56,973 nucleotides of DNA from Cyanobacteria bacterium P01_D01_bin.156 (lineage in GTDB: Bacteria > Cyanobacteriota > Cyanobacteriia > Phormidesmidales > Phormidesmidaceae). The notes under the pieces are model-generated. The model worked only from the letters and a program-made list of their open reading frames with translations. It searched no databases and had not been told where the DNA came from. Each line of letters opens with the position of its first letter. Position 1 is the first letter of the stretch. The position numbers were made by a program, and so were the translations under genes. The stretch spans positions 1 through 56,973 of the forward strand of contig JBCCQQ010000040.1 in NCBI GenBank assembly GCA_039024555.1, given 5' to 3'. This document shows positions 1 through 9,941 of the stretch, piece by piece.

Positions 1-279
1 GGTGGCGACGTCAGGATGCTCCTCACCCAGCAATTTTTTCAGCATCGCTAAGGCTTGTTGATAGAGCGGTTCGGCCTGCTCATAGCGTCCTTGCGATTCA
101 TATAGACCCGCTAAATTGTTGACACTGGTGGCGACGGAAGGATGCTCCTCACCCAGCAATTTTTTCCGCATCGCTAAGGCTTGTTGATAGAGCGGTTCGG
201 CCTGCTCATAGCGACCTTGCGATTCATATAGACCCGCTAAATTGTTGACACTGGTGGCGACGGAAGGATGCTCCTCACC
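1..279. repeat. Near-identical 126-bp tandem repeats encoding 42-aa TPR units
   Basis: ggtggcgacg recurs at 1, 127 and 253; units differ at only a few positions. Confidence 0.92.
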
Positions 280-2307
280 AAATCTTGCCCTAGTGGCAAT
301 CGTAGCTTGTGCTGCCCAACCGATCGCGACATCGTATATTCCCTGGGCATAGTAAAACATAGTTAAACCACCAAAGGGCCGGAAAAAATCTTCATCGGCC
401 AGGGAATCGGCCCAGTGGTTAATTACCTCTGCAATGTGGGCCACCACCGGAGTCAACTGCTGGATTGTGTCTAGCGTGGCACTTTGCCCAATACCCTTGG
501 CTAATCTAACCATTAGCTGGCCATAGTCTGCCTTCAGATCGTCTTTTGCTTCCTGCTCCTCCAGCTTCGCCAACAAAAACTCCCGCACCAGCTGATGCAG
601 TTGATAGGTCCCCGCTTCCAGCCGCTGCAATAAACTCAGCTTTAGCAGCTCATCATCCCGCACATCCTCCCAGTCATCCTGATCGTTCTCTTCCACATTG
701 GCCGCAGCCAACCCCCACGGTATAGGAGCCAATGCAAACAAACTCAACCAACAGGCCAGCTCCTGACCCGCCTCGCTTAGCTCATTCCAGCTCAGCTCAA
801 ACGCTTCATACACACCCAGCTTTGCCGTCATCCCCGGATGCGCTTGTTTAAACGCCTTGGCATTCAACCGATTCTTCTCCAGCCGCTGCTCTAATTTCGC
901 CAGCGACATTCTTGGCTTATTCTTCAAAAAATATCCCAGCAGTTCCAACCCCAGCGGCAAATACCCCACCCGCTCACATAGCGCCTCAGCAATCGTCAAT
1001 TCAGCATTAATGCGAGCAGTTCCAACAATCCGTCGCAGCAGCTCTAGGGATGCTTCTTGGCTCAACAGCTCCAATGGAAAATCATCCACTCCCGCCGCCA
1101 GATTCTGCACCCGTGTGGTCAGCAACACCTGGAACCGCTGGTCAGTCGGTAAAAGATTCTCAATTTCCCCGTAGTCCGCCACATCGTCATAGATCAGCAG
1201 CGCCTTTTCTGTCCCAGGCCACCGATTCCACACAAATTGCACCTGGTCTGTCAGTTCCCCATCCGGCTGCGGCAATCCCAACACCGCCACTGCAAAGTTC
1301 ACTAGCTGGGTACCCACCTCCGCCCCGCGAGCACTCAGCCAACACACCCCGCTAGGGTACTGGCTCTTGTACTGCAAGGCATACTGCACCGCCATTTCGG
1401 TTTTACCAATGCCCCCCATCCCTTGCAATGCCGTAATCGCTAGGGTCTGACTCGTTTGTAGTTTGGAGTGTAGTTCTTTTAGCGTTTGATCCCGACCAAC
1501 AAATGTCCGACTTCCCCGCTCCCGCAAATTACTGGGAATTCCAGTTACATCTGGAGTCGGTGTCGGCAAGATGTTTTCAATGGTTTGATTGCCGATGATG
1601 GTGGGATTACCACTGATGGAACCAACAGTAATATTTTGATTTCCATCAACAGACTGACTTATTAATACTTGACCAGTTTCTTCTGCCTTTGGCAACGCCC
1701 TCTGCCAGCGTCTGTCCCGCTGATGAAACTCACTATTGGCCTGCCTCACCTGCTCGGGCAAACATTGCCAAATCTCAGCTACCGGAACCGCCCCACCACC
1801 TAAATCACTCGTCTCATCCCGCGTAAACGTCACCATTCCACACACCATGCCCGTGCGCAGATTCAACAATGGCGACCCACTCATCCCCGGCGTAATCCGC
1901 CCCGCCTTAAACTTAATTTCTCGCGGTGGTCCCGGAGCAATACCTTCAAAGCTAGCCGTCACCGGACACCCATCGGCAAAGTTCCGCGTCGGGTAGCCAA
2001 ACAAAAATAAATCATCCCCCGGCTGCAATGAGTCTCCCAACATCACACAGGGCAGCCCATCACCAGTAGGCTCAAACGCCAACAGCGCCACATCACAGTC
2101 CGCCCAGCCACCTATTACCTCAGCCGTCGCAAACTCCTCAGTATCCCCATAGCGTACCGAACAAGTACGACCATCCCGTACTACATGCTCACAGGTCAAA
2201 ATAAACCCCGGCGCAATAAAAAAGCCCGTGCCCACCTCTCCAGTTTCCAGCACCGACAGCTTTACCGTGCATTTTTGCAAGAGTTCATCAACGCGGAGAT
2301 TGGTCAC
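1..2307 (-). CDS. Trypsin-like serine protease - NB-ARC (STAND NTPase) - TPR protein; 3' end runs off the window
   Basis: Not in the ORF track. Hand-translated segments, all in one frame from GTG 2307: MTNLRVDELLQKCTVKL..GTGFFIAPGFILTCEHVV, DCDVALL, ITPGMSGSPLLN (His/Asp/Ser triad), FVGRD, Walker A GMGGIGKT (~1400-1420), and 42-aa TPRs AEPLYQQALAMxxKLLGEEHPxVAT. Confidence 0.92.
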   Translation of the reverse strand, partial: MTNLRVDELLQKCTVKLSVLETGEVGTGFFIAPGFILTCEHVVRDGRTCSVRYGDTEEFATAEVIGGWADCDVALLAFEPTGDGLPCVMLGDSLQPGDDLFLFGYPTRNFADGCPVTASFEGIAPGPPREIKFKAGRITPGMSGSPLLNLRTGMVCGMVTFTRDETSDLGGGAVPVAEIWQCLPEQVRQANSEFHQRDRRWQRALPKAEETGQVLISQSVDGNQNITVGSISGNPTIIGNQTIENILPTPTPDVTGIPSNLRERGSRTFVGRDQTLKELHSKLQTSQTLAITALQGMGGIGKTEMAVQYALQYKSQYPSGVCWLSARGAEVGTQLVNFAVAVLGLPQPDGELTDQVQFVWNRWPGTEKALLIYDDVADYGEIENLLPTDQRFQVLLTTRVQNLAAGVDDFPLELLSQEASLELLRRIVGTARINAELTIAEALCERVGYLPLGLELLGYFLKNKPRMSLAKLEQRLEKNRLNAKAFKQAHPGMTAKLGVYEAFELSWNELSEAGQELACWLSLFALAPIPWGLAAANVEENDQDDWEDVRDDELLKLSLLQRLEAGTYQLHQLVREFLLAKLEEQEAKDDLKADYGQLMVRLAKGIGQSATLDTIQQLTPVVAHIAEVINHWADSLADEDFFRPFGGLTMFYYAQGIYDVAIGWAAQATIATRARFGEEHPSVATSVNNLAGLYESQGRYEQAEPLYQQALAMRKKLLGEEHPSVATSVNNLAGLYESQGRYEQAEPLYQQALAMLKKLLGEEHPDVAT

Positions 2308-2387
2308 AGATGCGCTAAAGCTACACAACGATTTTCAAACAGTTCAACAACAGCCAAAGCGTTTAGAATCAGAGTCTCTGGCAGCGT

Positions 2388-2435
2388 TTCCCCTTGCGAA
2401 GGGGAACCAACGGAGGGGTCTTCGACCGTCAGCAC
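2388..2435 (+). repeat. Orphan copy of REP-like hairpin family 1 (same family as 54-55 kb)
   Basis: ttccccttgcgaaggggaa hairpin followed by cggaggggtcttcgaccgtcagcac, which matches the reverse complement of gcgctaacgaccgaagacccctccg in the DUF559 array. Confidence 0.75.
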
Positions 2436-2450
2436 AAAACGGGAAAACTC

Positions 2451-2482
2451 AACTCAAAGTCCCCAGAATTGGAGATTCAGAG
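2451..2482 (+). repeat. REP-like family 2 copy
   Basis: aactcaaagtccccagaattggagattcagag; related copies at 2957 and 38417. Confidence 0.65.
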
Positions 2483-2503
2483 ACAAAATCAAGCCTCCAA
2501 TAC

Positions 2504-2830
2504 CTACTCCCCCTTCTCCCACTCCAACGTAATCTCCAAGCTCGTCTTAGTACCGCCCTTCGCCAGAGCCGCAATCAATACCCCCTCCTGCAGCTCCACC
2601 TCCACACCAAACGTAACGCTTGCCTTGGTAGGTTTCGCCGCATTAATCGGCTTTGCGATCGCCTTCACAATCCCCTCAATCGACGAAGTCACTGTCGCAA
2701 AAGTCTTCTTTGGCCCCAGTCCACTATTTCCCGACACGCTGCGCCGCACCGGACCATCACTTTCCACCTTGACATACATCATCGAGCCATCATCTAGCTC
2801 CAACGGCACCGTCTGAATAGGAAGGGACAT
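2504..2830 (-). CDS. Trypsin-co-occurring domain protein (Trypco1 / CU044_2847-like)
   Basis: 108 aa with KPTKASVTFGVEV..G.LIAALAKGGTKTSLEITLEW; lies directly upstream of the trypsin-STAND gene. Confidence 0.8.
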   Translation of the reverse strand: MSLPIQTVPLELDDGSMMYVKVESDGPVRRSVSGNSGLGPKKTFATVTSSIEGIVKAIAKPINAAKPTKASVTFGVEVELQEGVLIAALAKGGTKTSLEITLEWEKGE

Positions 2831-2956
2831 AGATAACCGAAAATCAACTTTCCCTGTTATAGCCTTCCTACCCAGATTGTTCTAGTCCCCTCATCCACTG
2901 CTGCTGCCTCAAATTCTGAGATCACCTTTTATATCTCCCAATCCCAAGCAAGACTA

Positions 2957-2990
2957 AACTCAAAGCCCCCAATCTTGGGGGTTGGGGGCC
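2957..2990 (+). repeat. REP-like family 2 copy
   Basis: aactcaaagcccccaatcttgggggttgggggcc, with a cccccaa/ttggggg hairpin. Confidence 0.7.
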
Positions 2991-3039
2991 AATATCTTAG
3001 GCAGTGGCTTATTCGATTTTCATAAAGGACTATCCCGAC

Positions 3040-4359
3040 CTACGAAGAAAATGCCTGACGGTAGGGTGTATTTGACTTCTTAGGAATTAACCCCAAGGGA
3101 AGCGCTGCCAGGGCTTCTCCTGCTGACGTAAAGCGTAGTTGTTGGTTAGGATTCACCATCCGCTCAAACAGCCTAATAATTTTAGGATCCGCATTTACCA
3201 TATCCGTTAGGCTACGCTTGCCCATATTCGCCACTAGCCACTCAGGCGACTGCCCCGTGAGAGCCTGCAGTACAATCATGCCAATGGAATAAATGTCACT
3301 ACTCGGCTGAGGATTACCCACCCGGTGCTCTGCTGTTTGATAGGCGCGCTGTCTTAATAGGGCCTGCCGATAGGCTAACGATTTAGACCGCAGACTGATA
3401 AACAGCCGTGAAAGAATGCCATATTCCACCAACACAACACGCTGGTCGGACTGTTGCAGAATAAAACTTTGAGGATGACAGGCATAGTGCACCAGTTGAC
3501 CCTGGTGAAATGGATGAATGTTGCTGAGTAAACTATGGGTGAGCTGCAACACGTACCCCATTGATTGAGCGCTGTCTAGCTCTGTGATTAGGGATTGTCC
3601 AACAATATGGGCCTGTACCCAATAAAAAATATTGCCTTCTTCAAAAAAGTCGAGACAGGTCGCAATATTATCCTGGCGACTGATGACCTTGAGAAAACTC
3701 ATTTCCTTAGCAAAAAAATCGCGCACCAGGTCTAGCAATGCAAGATTGTCAGTAGGTAGTTCAAAGGCATTGATAATGACGGTTTCGGTTTCAACTGCAT
3801 TTAAGTCGTTCGCTAAAAACCGATCACCATAGAAATTACTATCAAGCTTTTGAACGATCTGATAGCGTTTATTCAACAGCCCAGGTCGATTTTTCTTCAC
3901 CATAGCGAGGGCGGGAATAGCGGGTACAGGAGATATACCAGAGGGCTTACTCTCCAGAGCATCAGGGGATAGAGAAGTCGCAGGCGCCTCATCAGACGCA
4001 CTTAACAAGGCTTTGGCTTTTCCCAACAGTCGTTTAAAGACAATCGGCTTAGTGTCGTAGTCATTGCAGCCCACTTCCAAGGCTGTTTTCCAGTTACCTG
4101 TTTTGGAACGAGTCGTCAGCGCAATTACTGGGATTTTGGCTGTGGCCGCAGATGCTTTAAGGATTTTAATGGCTTGCCAGCCGTCCATAACCGGCAAATC
4201 CGTATCCATAATAATCAGGTCTGGTTGCTGTTCGAGGGCCAGAGCCACTCCCTGATCACCATCAACAGCAACTACAACGGTATATCCACAATGCTGTAAT
4301 TGTCGGTCTAACATTTTGCGACTTAACGCATTGTCTTCTACCAAAAGGACCTTAGGCAT
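3040..4359 (-). CDS. Response-regulator receiver fused to a degenerate Ser/Thr kinase (pseudokinase)
   Basis: N-terminal VLLVEDN..PDLIIMD..LP.MDG..TKP receiver; C-terminal RYQIVQKL..SDIYSIG kinase fold lacking the VAIK, HRD and DFG motifs. Confidence 0.85.
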   Translation of the reverse strand: MPKVLLVEDNALSRKMLDRQLQHCGYTVVVAVDGDQGVALALEQQPDLIIMDTDLPVMDGWQAIKILKASAATAKIPVIALTTRSKTGNWKTALEVGCNDYDTKPIVFKRLLGKAKALLSASDEAPATSLSPDALESKPSGISPVPAIPALAMVKKNRPGLLNKRYQIVQKLDSNFYGDRFLANDLNAVETETVIINAFELPTDNLALLDLVRDFFAKEMSFLKVISRQDNIATCLDFFEEGNIFYWVQAHIVGQSLITELDSAQSMGYVLQLTHSLLSNIHPFHQGQLVHYACHPQSFILQQSDQRVVLVEYGILSRLFISLRSKSLAYRQALLRQRAYQTAEHRVGNPQPSSDIYSIGMIVLQALTGQSPEWLVANMGKRSLTDMVNADPKIIRLFERMVNPNQQLRFTSAGEALAALPLGLIPKKSNTPYRQAFSS

Positions 4360-4432
4360 AGGAGATAACGTATAGATAGATTAAACACTTAACGATGTCA
4401 GCAAGAAATGTCGAAGATGAGCCGGGCAGGGT

Positions 4433-6484
4433 TTACACTGCAGCACATACCTGTAGTTCTTCGAGAAAATCCTTTAGATTCAGGTCATTACGGTAGTAAA
4501 TACTTTGAATATCGTTGACAATTTCAGCGCTGAGATCTCCTTCAATCACTGAATTGGCAATGGCAATAATAGGAACTTCCTGAAACTCAGGGGTGAGGCG
4601 CAGGGCACGAACGCATTCAACGGCTTCGGCTTCAAGGCTCAGGTCTACAAGCACTAATGCGGGTGAATCGGTTTGGGCTAAGGACAGAGCATCACTGCTG
4701 TTGTCTACACACTGCACCTGCCAATTTTCTTGGCGCAGCATCCGGGTGACAACCTCGTCGTTCTTTTCTTTGGCTTGCAATACTAACAACCACGGTAGCT
4801 TTTTCGGTAGAATACCACCGCTTAGATTCTCTACCACCTGGGGTAATCTCAGGGTGAATTGTGATCCTTTATTTATCTGGCTTTCTACCGTGACTTCTCC
4901 ACCCATCATGGCGGCAAACTGTTTGGTGATTGTCAAACCTAAACCAGTGCCACCGAACTGACGTGTGGTGGAGTTATCAGCCTGGGCAAAGGCTTCAAAA
5001 ACGATCTTCTGTTGTTCCCCGGTCATACCAATACCGGTATCAGTAACAACAAATTCAATCCAGGTATGGCTAGCTTCGACAGCAGCTCTAATAGAGAGGG
5101 CAACGGTGCCTTCTTCGGTAAATTTGTTGGCGTTACTCAGCAAGTTGAGCAAACTTTGGTGTACTTTAGAACGATCCGCGCTCAGGGAATCGATATCCGT
5201 TTCATTGTTAACAATCAGTTTGTTACCTTTTTTTTGTACCAGGGGATTAAGTACATCAATGACCTGTTCTACCAGGAAGGAGATGGAAAATTCCTCGACA
5301 AATAGCTCCATCCGCCCCGATTCAATCTTGGAGAGATCGAGTACTGAGTTAATCAGAATAAGGAGCTGTTTGCCTGCATCTTGAATCCGATATAAGTCAA
5401 CTTGAGCATCCTCTTCAGACAGGTTGTCTGCATCTTCAGCTAACATCTCACTGTAGCCAATGATGGCATTGAGAGGTGTACGTAGCTCATGGCTCATATT
5501 GGCTAAAAATTCGCTTTTGGCCTTGGTGGCAGCTTCTGCACTGTCTTTAGCATGGTTTAGGGACTGTTCTCGCAGAGCCACTTCATTCGCCATGTGTTCG
5601 AAAGCTCGGGCCAGCTGTCCAGGCTCATCGGTGCGGCCTGTCAGTTTACTGATGCCAGTGGTGTCGTTGGCGCTGTCGGGGAGAGTAACTCGCTGCCCTA
5701 AACTAATGTCACGAATGAGCTTATTGAGCTGCCCCAGAGGATTAATTACCGTGGTTTTAAGCAGGCGATTAATCACACTGATAATCACCGCAAAGACACT
5801 GCTAAAGATGGCCAGCACTAGTAAAAGATAACGATTACCTTGACCAAAAACTTCCACAGACGGCACATATACAGTCTGTGCTGCAACAATCTCACCTACT
5901 TTCCAACCAAAACCATTCGTTTTACCGTAGGTTTTTATCATGCTTTGAGGAGCATCTGCGGGTCTACCGTGACACTGCAAACAGCTTTCTTGTTCAACCT
6001 TTAGGGGACGGCTAATATAGAGTAGCTTTGCACCATTGATAGTACGGTAGCCTGTCAGTTCTCTAATCGTTTCATCTTGCCGAAACTCATTTACTAATTG
6101 GGTCTCAAAGTTATCGGCTTGGTCCTTAGGGTTTGTCGGATTTAGGGTAGCTTCTTTATACGAAAAATCTTGATATTCATCAGCTGTACGGAACCCTTCA
6201 AACACTTCACGGGCGGAATAGGCAGGGACCGTTTCGGGGATAAACTGTGAGGACTCGGCCAGATCGTCCTTGAGACTAGGATTTACCTGGTTGGTGGTGT
6301 ACGCACGCACCGCGTTCATGGTCTGCAGCAAGATTTCAGCCCGCTGCACAATTTCTCCCTCCGCCTTGTGGCGCATAGCAAATGAGAGAATGAGACCACT
6401 TGCAATAATGCCAACGAAAAAAATAATCGTCAGCATTTTGGTAAATCGATTTCCGAGACTATTAAGACGACGTTTAGACCTCAT
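4433..6484 (-). CDS. Hybrid sensor histidine kinase with periplasmic DUF3365 c-heme domain, HAMP and C-terminal receiver-like domain
   Basis: CLQCH heme motif, [12 protein letters not shown]-box [35 protein letters not shown]. Confidence 0.92.
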   Translation of the reverse strand: MRSKRRLNSLGNRFTKMLTIIFFVGIIASGLILSFAMRHKAEGEIVQRAEILLQTMNAVRAYTTNQVNPSLKDDLAESSQFIPETVPAYSAREVFEGFRTADEYQDFSYKEATLNPTNPKDQADNFETQLVNEFRQDETIRELTGYRTINGAKLLYISRPLKVEQESCLQCHGRPADAPQSMIKTYGKTNGFGWKVGEIVAAQTVYVPSVEVFGQGNRYLLLVLAIFSSVFAVIISVINRLLKTTVINPLGQLNKLIRDISLGQRVTLPDSANDTTGISKLTGRTDEPGQLARAFEHMANEVALREQSLNHAKDSAEAATKAKSEFLANMSHELRTPLNAIIGYSEMLAEDADNLSEEDAQVDLYRIQDAGKQLLILINSVLDLSKIESGRMELFVEEFSISFLVEQVIDVLNPLVQKKGNKLIVNNETDIDSLSADRSKVHQSLLNLLSNANKFTEEGTVALSIRAAVEASHTWIEFVVTDTGIGMTGEQQKIVFEAFAQADNSTTRQFGGTGLGLTITKQFAAMMGGEVTVESQINKGSQFTLRLPQVVENLSGGILPKKLPWLLVLQAKEKNDEVVTRMLRQENWQVQCVDNSSDALSLAQTDSPALVLVDLSLEAEAVECVRALRLTPEFQEVPIIAIANSVIEGDLSAEIVNDIQSIYYRNDLNLKDFLEELQVCAAV

Positions 6485-6805
6485 GATGGTGTATCACCCT
6501 ATCAATAAAAGTTAGGTATATAGGCAGTTACTCTATGGGTCGATTATGTGCTAAACGACTGTAACTGATGGAAAATGAAGCCCCATGAGGACCAACAATT
6601 CACATCTATGTAGATTTTTCTGAATCATTCTAATTCTTTCCTGGGGCATAGAACCGTCCTTAAACCCTCTAGGGAGTAACGCCCATTCCTCCCAGGCTCA
6701 AAAAATCCTTGCCTGACTACTTCATAGATATTCAGCGATTGTGCTCAGAATCCGTGGTCGATTTGATATTGGCAAGCTTTGTAGGGTTTTGATGACATCT
6801 AGGGG

Positions 6806-7750
6806 TTACTCAATCTGCGTTTTGTCTGAACCGATGGGTAACAGAGTGGTAACTTGCCAAGACTGATAGGTGTTTTCTTCGATACTCGGTGTCAGGGTCA
6901 TCAGATCCTGAATATTGCGCTCCATAGTTTTGCAAATGGCATTGAGGGGAAGATCGTTGGGGTCACAGCCAAAGGGATTTTCAATTTCTAAACCGATCTC
7001 TTCTACACCAAAGACGGCAAAAGCGACCAGAGAAACAACAGGAACAGTCCACCAGTTAAGTTCACTTACCACTTGAAAGGGTAAGGCAAGGCAATACATG
7101 ACTAAGAGCTGCTTAAGGTGAATGGAATAGGCTAGCGGTAGTGGCGTTTTGAGAATACGCTCACAGCCACCGAGAACATCAACTAAGCTGTTCAGCTGCT
7201 GGGTCATGGCCTGGAGCTGGTAAGGGTTGATATTACCCTTCAGCTGTTGCACCTGTAGATAGTCCCCTAGCCAAACCGCAATCTCCAGCGGTGGGCTGTT
7301 CATGGTCAGAAGCTTATCTAGCTGAGCAGGAGATACTAGATGGCGAAGTTCCTGATCGCAGGGCTGGTGACGGAGCTGTTGTTTTGTAGCGATCGCAAAT
7401 GCCACCACCAGCTTTAAGGCCCGCGCCTTAGATTCACGACTGGTCTTCACAGAAACCCAAATCTGCCGCGCTAGATTGCGGGAGGTATTTACCATGGTGC
7501 CCCACAGTTTGCGACCTTCCCAAAACCGTTCATAGGAAGTGTTGGTACGAAACACCAATAACAAACCAAGAACAATGCTGGGCACCACCCCACTCAAGAT
7601 CGGCCAAGAAACTTGCACACCAAAATTGTGCAAAATGGTAATTCCCAGGGCAAATCCGCTACAAATCCCCATCCTGGGCAATACGGCTCGTATCACAGAG
7701 CCACGCAGGCACAGTAGCGTTTTAAACCAAGGACGACGATCTTCTGCCAT
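6806..7750 (-). CDS. Bestrophin-family ion channel
   Basis: LLVFRTNTSYERFWEGRKLWG, CERILKTPLP, EIENPFG.D.NDLP. Confidence 0.93.
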   Translation of the reverse strand: MAEDRRPWFKTLLCLRGSVIRAVLPRMGICSGFALGITILHNFGVQVSWPILSGVVPSIVLGLLLVFRTNTSYERFWEGRKLWGTMVNTSRNLARQIWVSVKTSRESKARALKLVVAFAIATKQQLRHQPCDQELRHLVSPAQLDKLLTMNSPPLEIAVWLGDYLQVQQLKGNINPYQLQAMTQQLNSLVDVLGGCERILKTPLPLAYSIHLKQLLVMYCLALPFQVVSELNWWTVPVVSLVAFAVFGVEEIGLEIENPFGCDPNDLPLNAICKTMERNIQDLMTLTPSIEENTYQSWQVTTLLPIGSDKTQIE

Positions 7751-7816
7751 GGGAAACTTGCTTATCTGCTTAGGGATATGGAGATTGCAGACTCCTATTT
7801 AGGTATTCCATTCATA

Positions 7817-9328
7817 TCAACGGATATCATAGCCAAATAAGTTAGGATCAGCTTCACCCATGGCTAAGTCTCCTAACCCATATTCCGCCCAGCGACGTTC
7901 CACCATAGCCGCTACATCTGGGTCAGACTTCAGTTCATCTCCCCACTGATGATCTGTTTCAGGCGGGATTTTAGTCGTGGCATCGATACCCATACGACCG
8001 CCCAACCCTAGTTTTTCATTGGCAAAGTCCAGGGAGTCAAAGGGATTATCCGGCAAAATAAACACATCACGGCTAGGGTCCACTTTCGACGTCAGCGCCC
8101 AAATCACCTGACGCGGATCGCGAATATTAATATCGTGGTCAACGACGATAACAAACTTAGTGTAAGTAAACTGCGGCAGCGCCGTCCAGAAGGCCATGGC
8201 AGCGCGGCGCGCCTGACCGGGGTACGCCTTTTTAATCGAGATAACGGCCGCCTTATAGCTAAGGGCCTCCATGGGTAAAAAGAAATCGACAATTTCAGAA
8301 ACCTGCTGCCGCAAAATTGGCGTATAAATGCGGTTTAGGGCGATGGCAATCATCGCTTCTTCCTTGGGAGGACGACCGCTAAAGGTGGTGAGATAAACAG
8401 GATTTTTGCGGTGGGTCACACACTGAAAACGAACCAGCGGAGCCGCTTCATTGACGGGGCCGTAGTACCCCATGTGGTCGCCAAAGGGACCATCGGTGGC
8501 GGTTTCCCCTGGGGTGATGGTGCCTTCTAGGACAAATTCCGAGGCGGCGGGGACCTCTAAATCAAGGGTTTTACATTTAGCTAAATGCACACCGCTACCG
8601 CCATACAACCCGGCAAATAACCATTCGGATAAATCCACTGGAATCGGTGTGGCAGCCGCCATAATGATTAGGGGATGAACACCAATGGCGATCGCAATTT
8701 CGAGTTTTTTACCGTTTTCTGCCGCCTTACGCAGGTGCCTTGCCCCTCCCCGCACCGACAGCCACTGAACGGTCATGGTGTTTTTACTCTGGAACTGTAG
8801 TCGATACACACCCACATTGGGAATACCCGTCTCACAATCCTTGGTAATAACCAGCCCCAGGGTGACGACCTTGCCACCGTCTTGGGGGTATGGCTGAATC
8901 ATCGGAATCTGGGTAAGGTCTACGCTATCGCCCTTAAGAACTACCTGATGGCATGGGGGAAGCAGATCGCGCTGGGGTTTGGCTTTGACCACATCAAATA
9001 GAACTTTGCCAAATTCAATGGCTTGGGAGATTTTTTTAGGAGGCTTGGGCTGTTGCAACATACCCAGCTTTTTGCCCAGGGTTTCTAATTCCTGGGGGTG
9101 CTCCATACCCATGGACCAGCAGGTACGTTCAACGGTCCCCAGTAGGTTAACAGCAACGGGGTGGGGGGAGCCCTTGACGTTTTCGAAGAGAAGGGCAGGA
9201 CCACCACACTGGAGCATTCGGTTAGAGATTTCTGCTATTTCTAACTCGGGGTCGACCAGTGCTTTGATGCGACGTAGCTGGCCACGTTGTTCGACTAGGT
9301 TGATAAATTCGCGCAGATCTCTCGCCAT
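7817..9328 (-). CDS. ubiD: UbiD-family (4-hydroxy-3-prenylbenzoate) decarboxylase
   Basis: DGPFGDHMGYY, GRPPKEEA, GGRMGIDATTK; 503 aa. Confidence 0.93.
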   Translation of the reverse strand: MARDLREFINLVEQRGQLRRIKALVDPELEIAEISNRMLQCGGPALLFENVKGSPHPVAVNLLGTVERTCWSMGMEHPQELETLGKKLGMLQQPKPPKKISQAIEFGKVLFDVVKAKPQRDLLPPCHQVVLKGDSVDLTQIPMIQPYPQDGGKVVTLGLVITKDCETGIPNVGVYRLQFQSKNTMTVQWLSVRGGARHLRKAAENGKKLEIAIAIGVHPLIIMAAATPIPVDLSEWLFAGLYGGSGVHLAKCKTLDLEVPAASEFVLEGTITPGETATDGPFGDHMGYYGPVNEAAPLVRFQCVTHRKNPVYLTTFSGRPPKEEAMIAIALNRIYTPILRQQVSEIVDFFLPMEALSYKAAVISIKKAYPGQARRAAMAFWTALPQFTYTKFVIVVDHDINIRDPRQVIWALTSKVDPSRDVFILPDNPFDSLDFANEKLGLGGRMGIDATTKIPPETDHQWGDELKSDPDVAAMVERRWAEYGLGDLAMGEADPNLFGYDIR

Positions 9329-9367
9329 GGGGTGGGAATAAAATTTTTCGTAAAAAATGAGAGTATT

Positions 9368-9892
9368 CCAATAGTGTTTCCCCCTGTCAGCGGGAAAACA
9401 CTATTGGGTACTTTCTTACTTTACGGAATGTAAAGCTGTTACTTCCATTATGTGGGGAAATGGTCTTGGTGAGGGGAGATTGATGGTGCAGCATAAAGAA
9501 TTGCTCAGGGCTTTCCTCCCTGAAACCCTCCTTTCTCTGGGGAACTCAACTTCCCCAGCCCCCTCGCACCAGATACTTTTGGTCACAGCTCTAATGTGTT
9601 GCTTTAGCATTCGGTAGGAATTACGCTGCTCCGCGTTCGCTCCACACCGTAAAAGTAGGGAAGCTGCCAAATCTTTGCAACTAGTCTTTTCTCGGTAGAG
9701 AAATAGCAAGACATCGACTTTTGGAATAGCCCTTTTTTGAATTTTGCGCGACCGAGCGTAAAATTCAAAACCGCCTTACCAGCCACTCCTCAACCCAATT
9801 CGCTACGCGCCGTAAGCCCTCTAGTCCGTAGGGTCATAGGGCGGCGGTTTCCGCCCTAACCAGGGGGGTTGGGGAACTCGGAGGGACCCCAA
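9368..9892. other. Hairpin-rich non-coding element upstream of ubiD
   Basis: Inverted repeats at 9368-9407, 9505-9523, 9537-9558, 9735-9770, 9837-9858 and 9869-9892. Confidence 0.55.
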
Positions 9893-9941
9893 GCAACCGG
9901 TTTTGGAACCTCTACAGCCCCTTAAAGTTAAGCCTGACTAC

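Noticed and set aside
857..2816. Plus-strand ORFs 857-1174, 1050-1355, 1736-1996, 2185-2532, 2228-2797 and 2394-2816
   Set aside because: Antisense shadows of the trypsin-NB-ARC-TPR and Trypco1 genes.
9416..9786. ORFs 9416-9709 and 9604-9786, or rnpB/ssrA in this interval
   Set aside because: The ORFs run through hairpins and have no recognisable motifs; no RNase P or tmRNA signature sequences were recognised.
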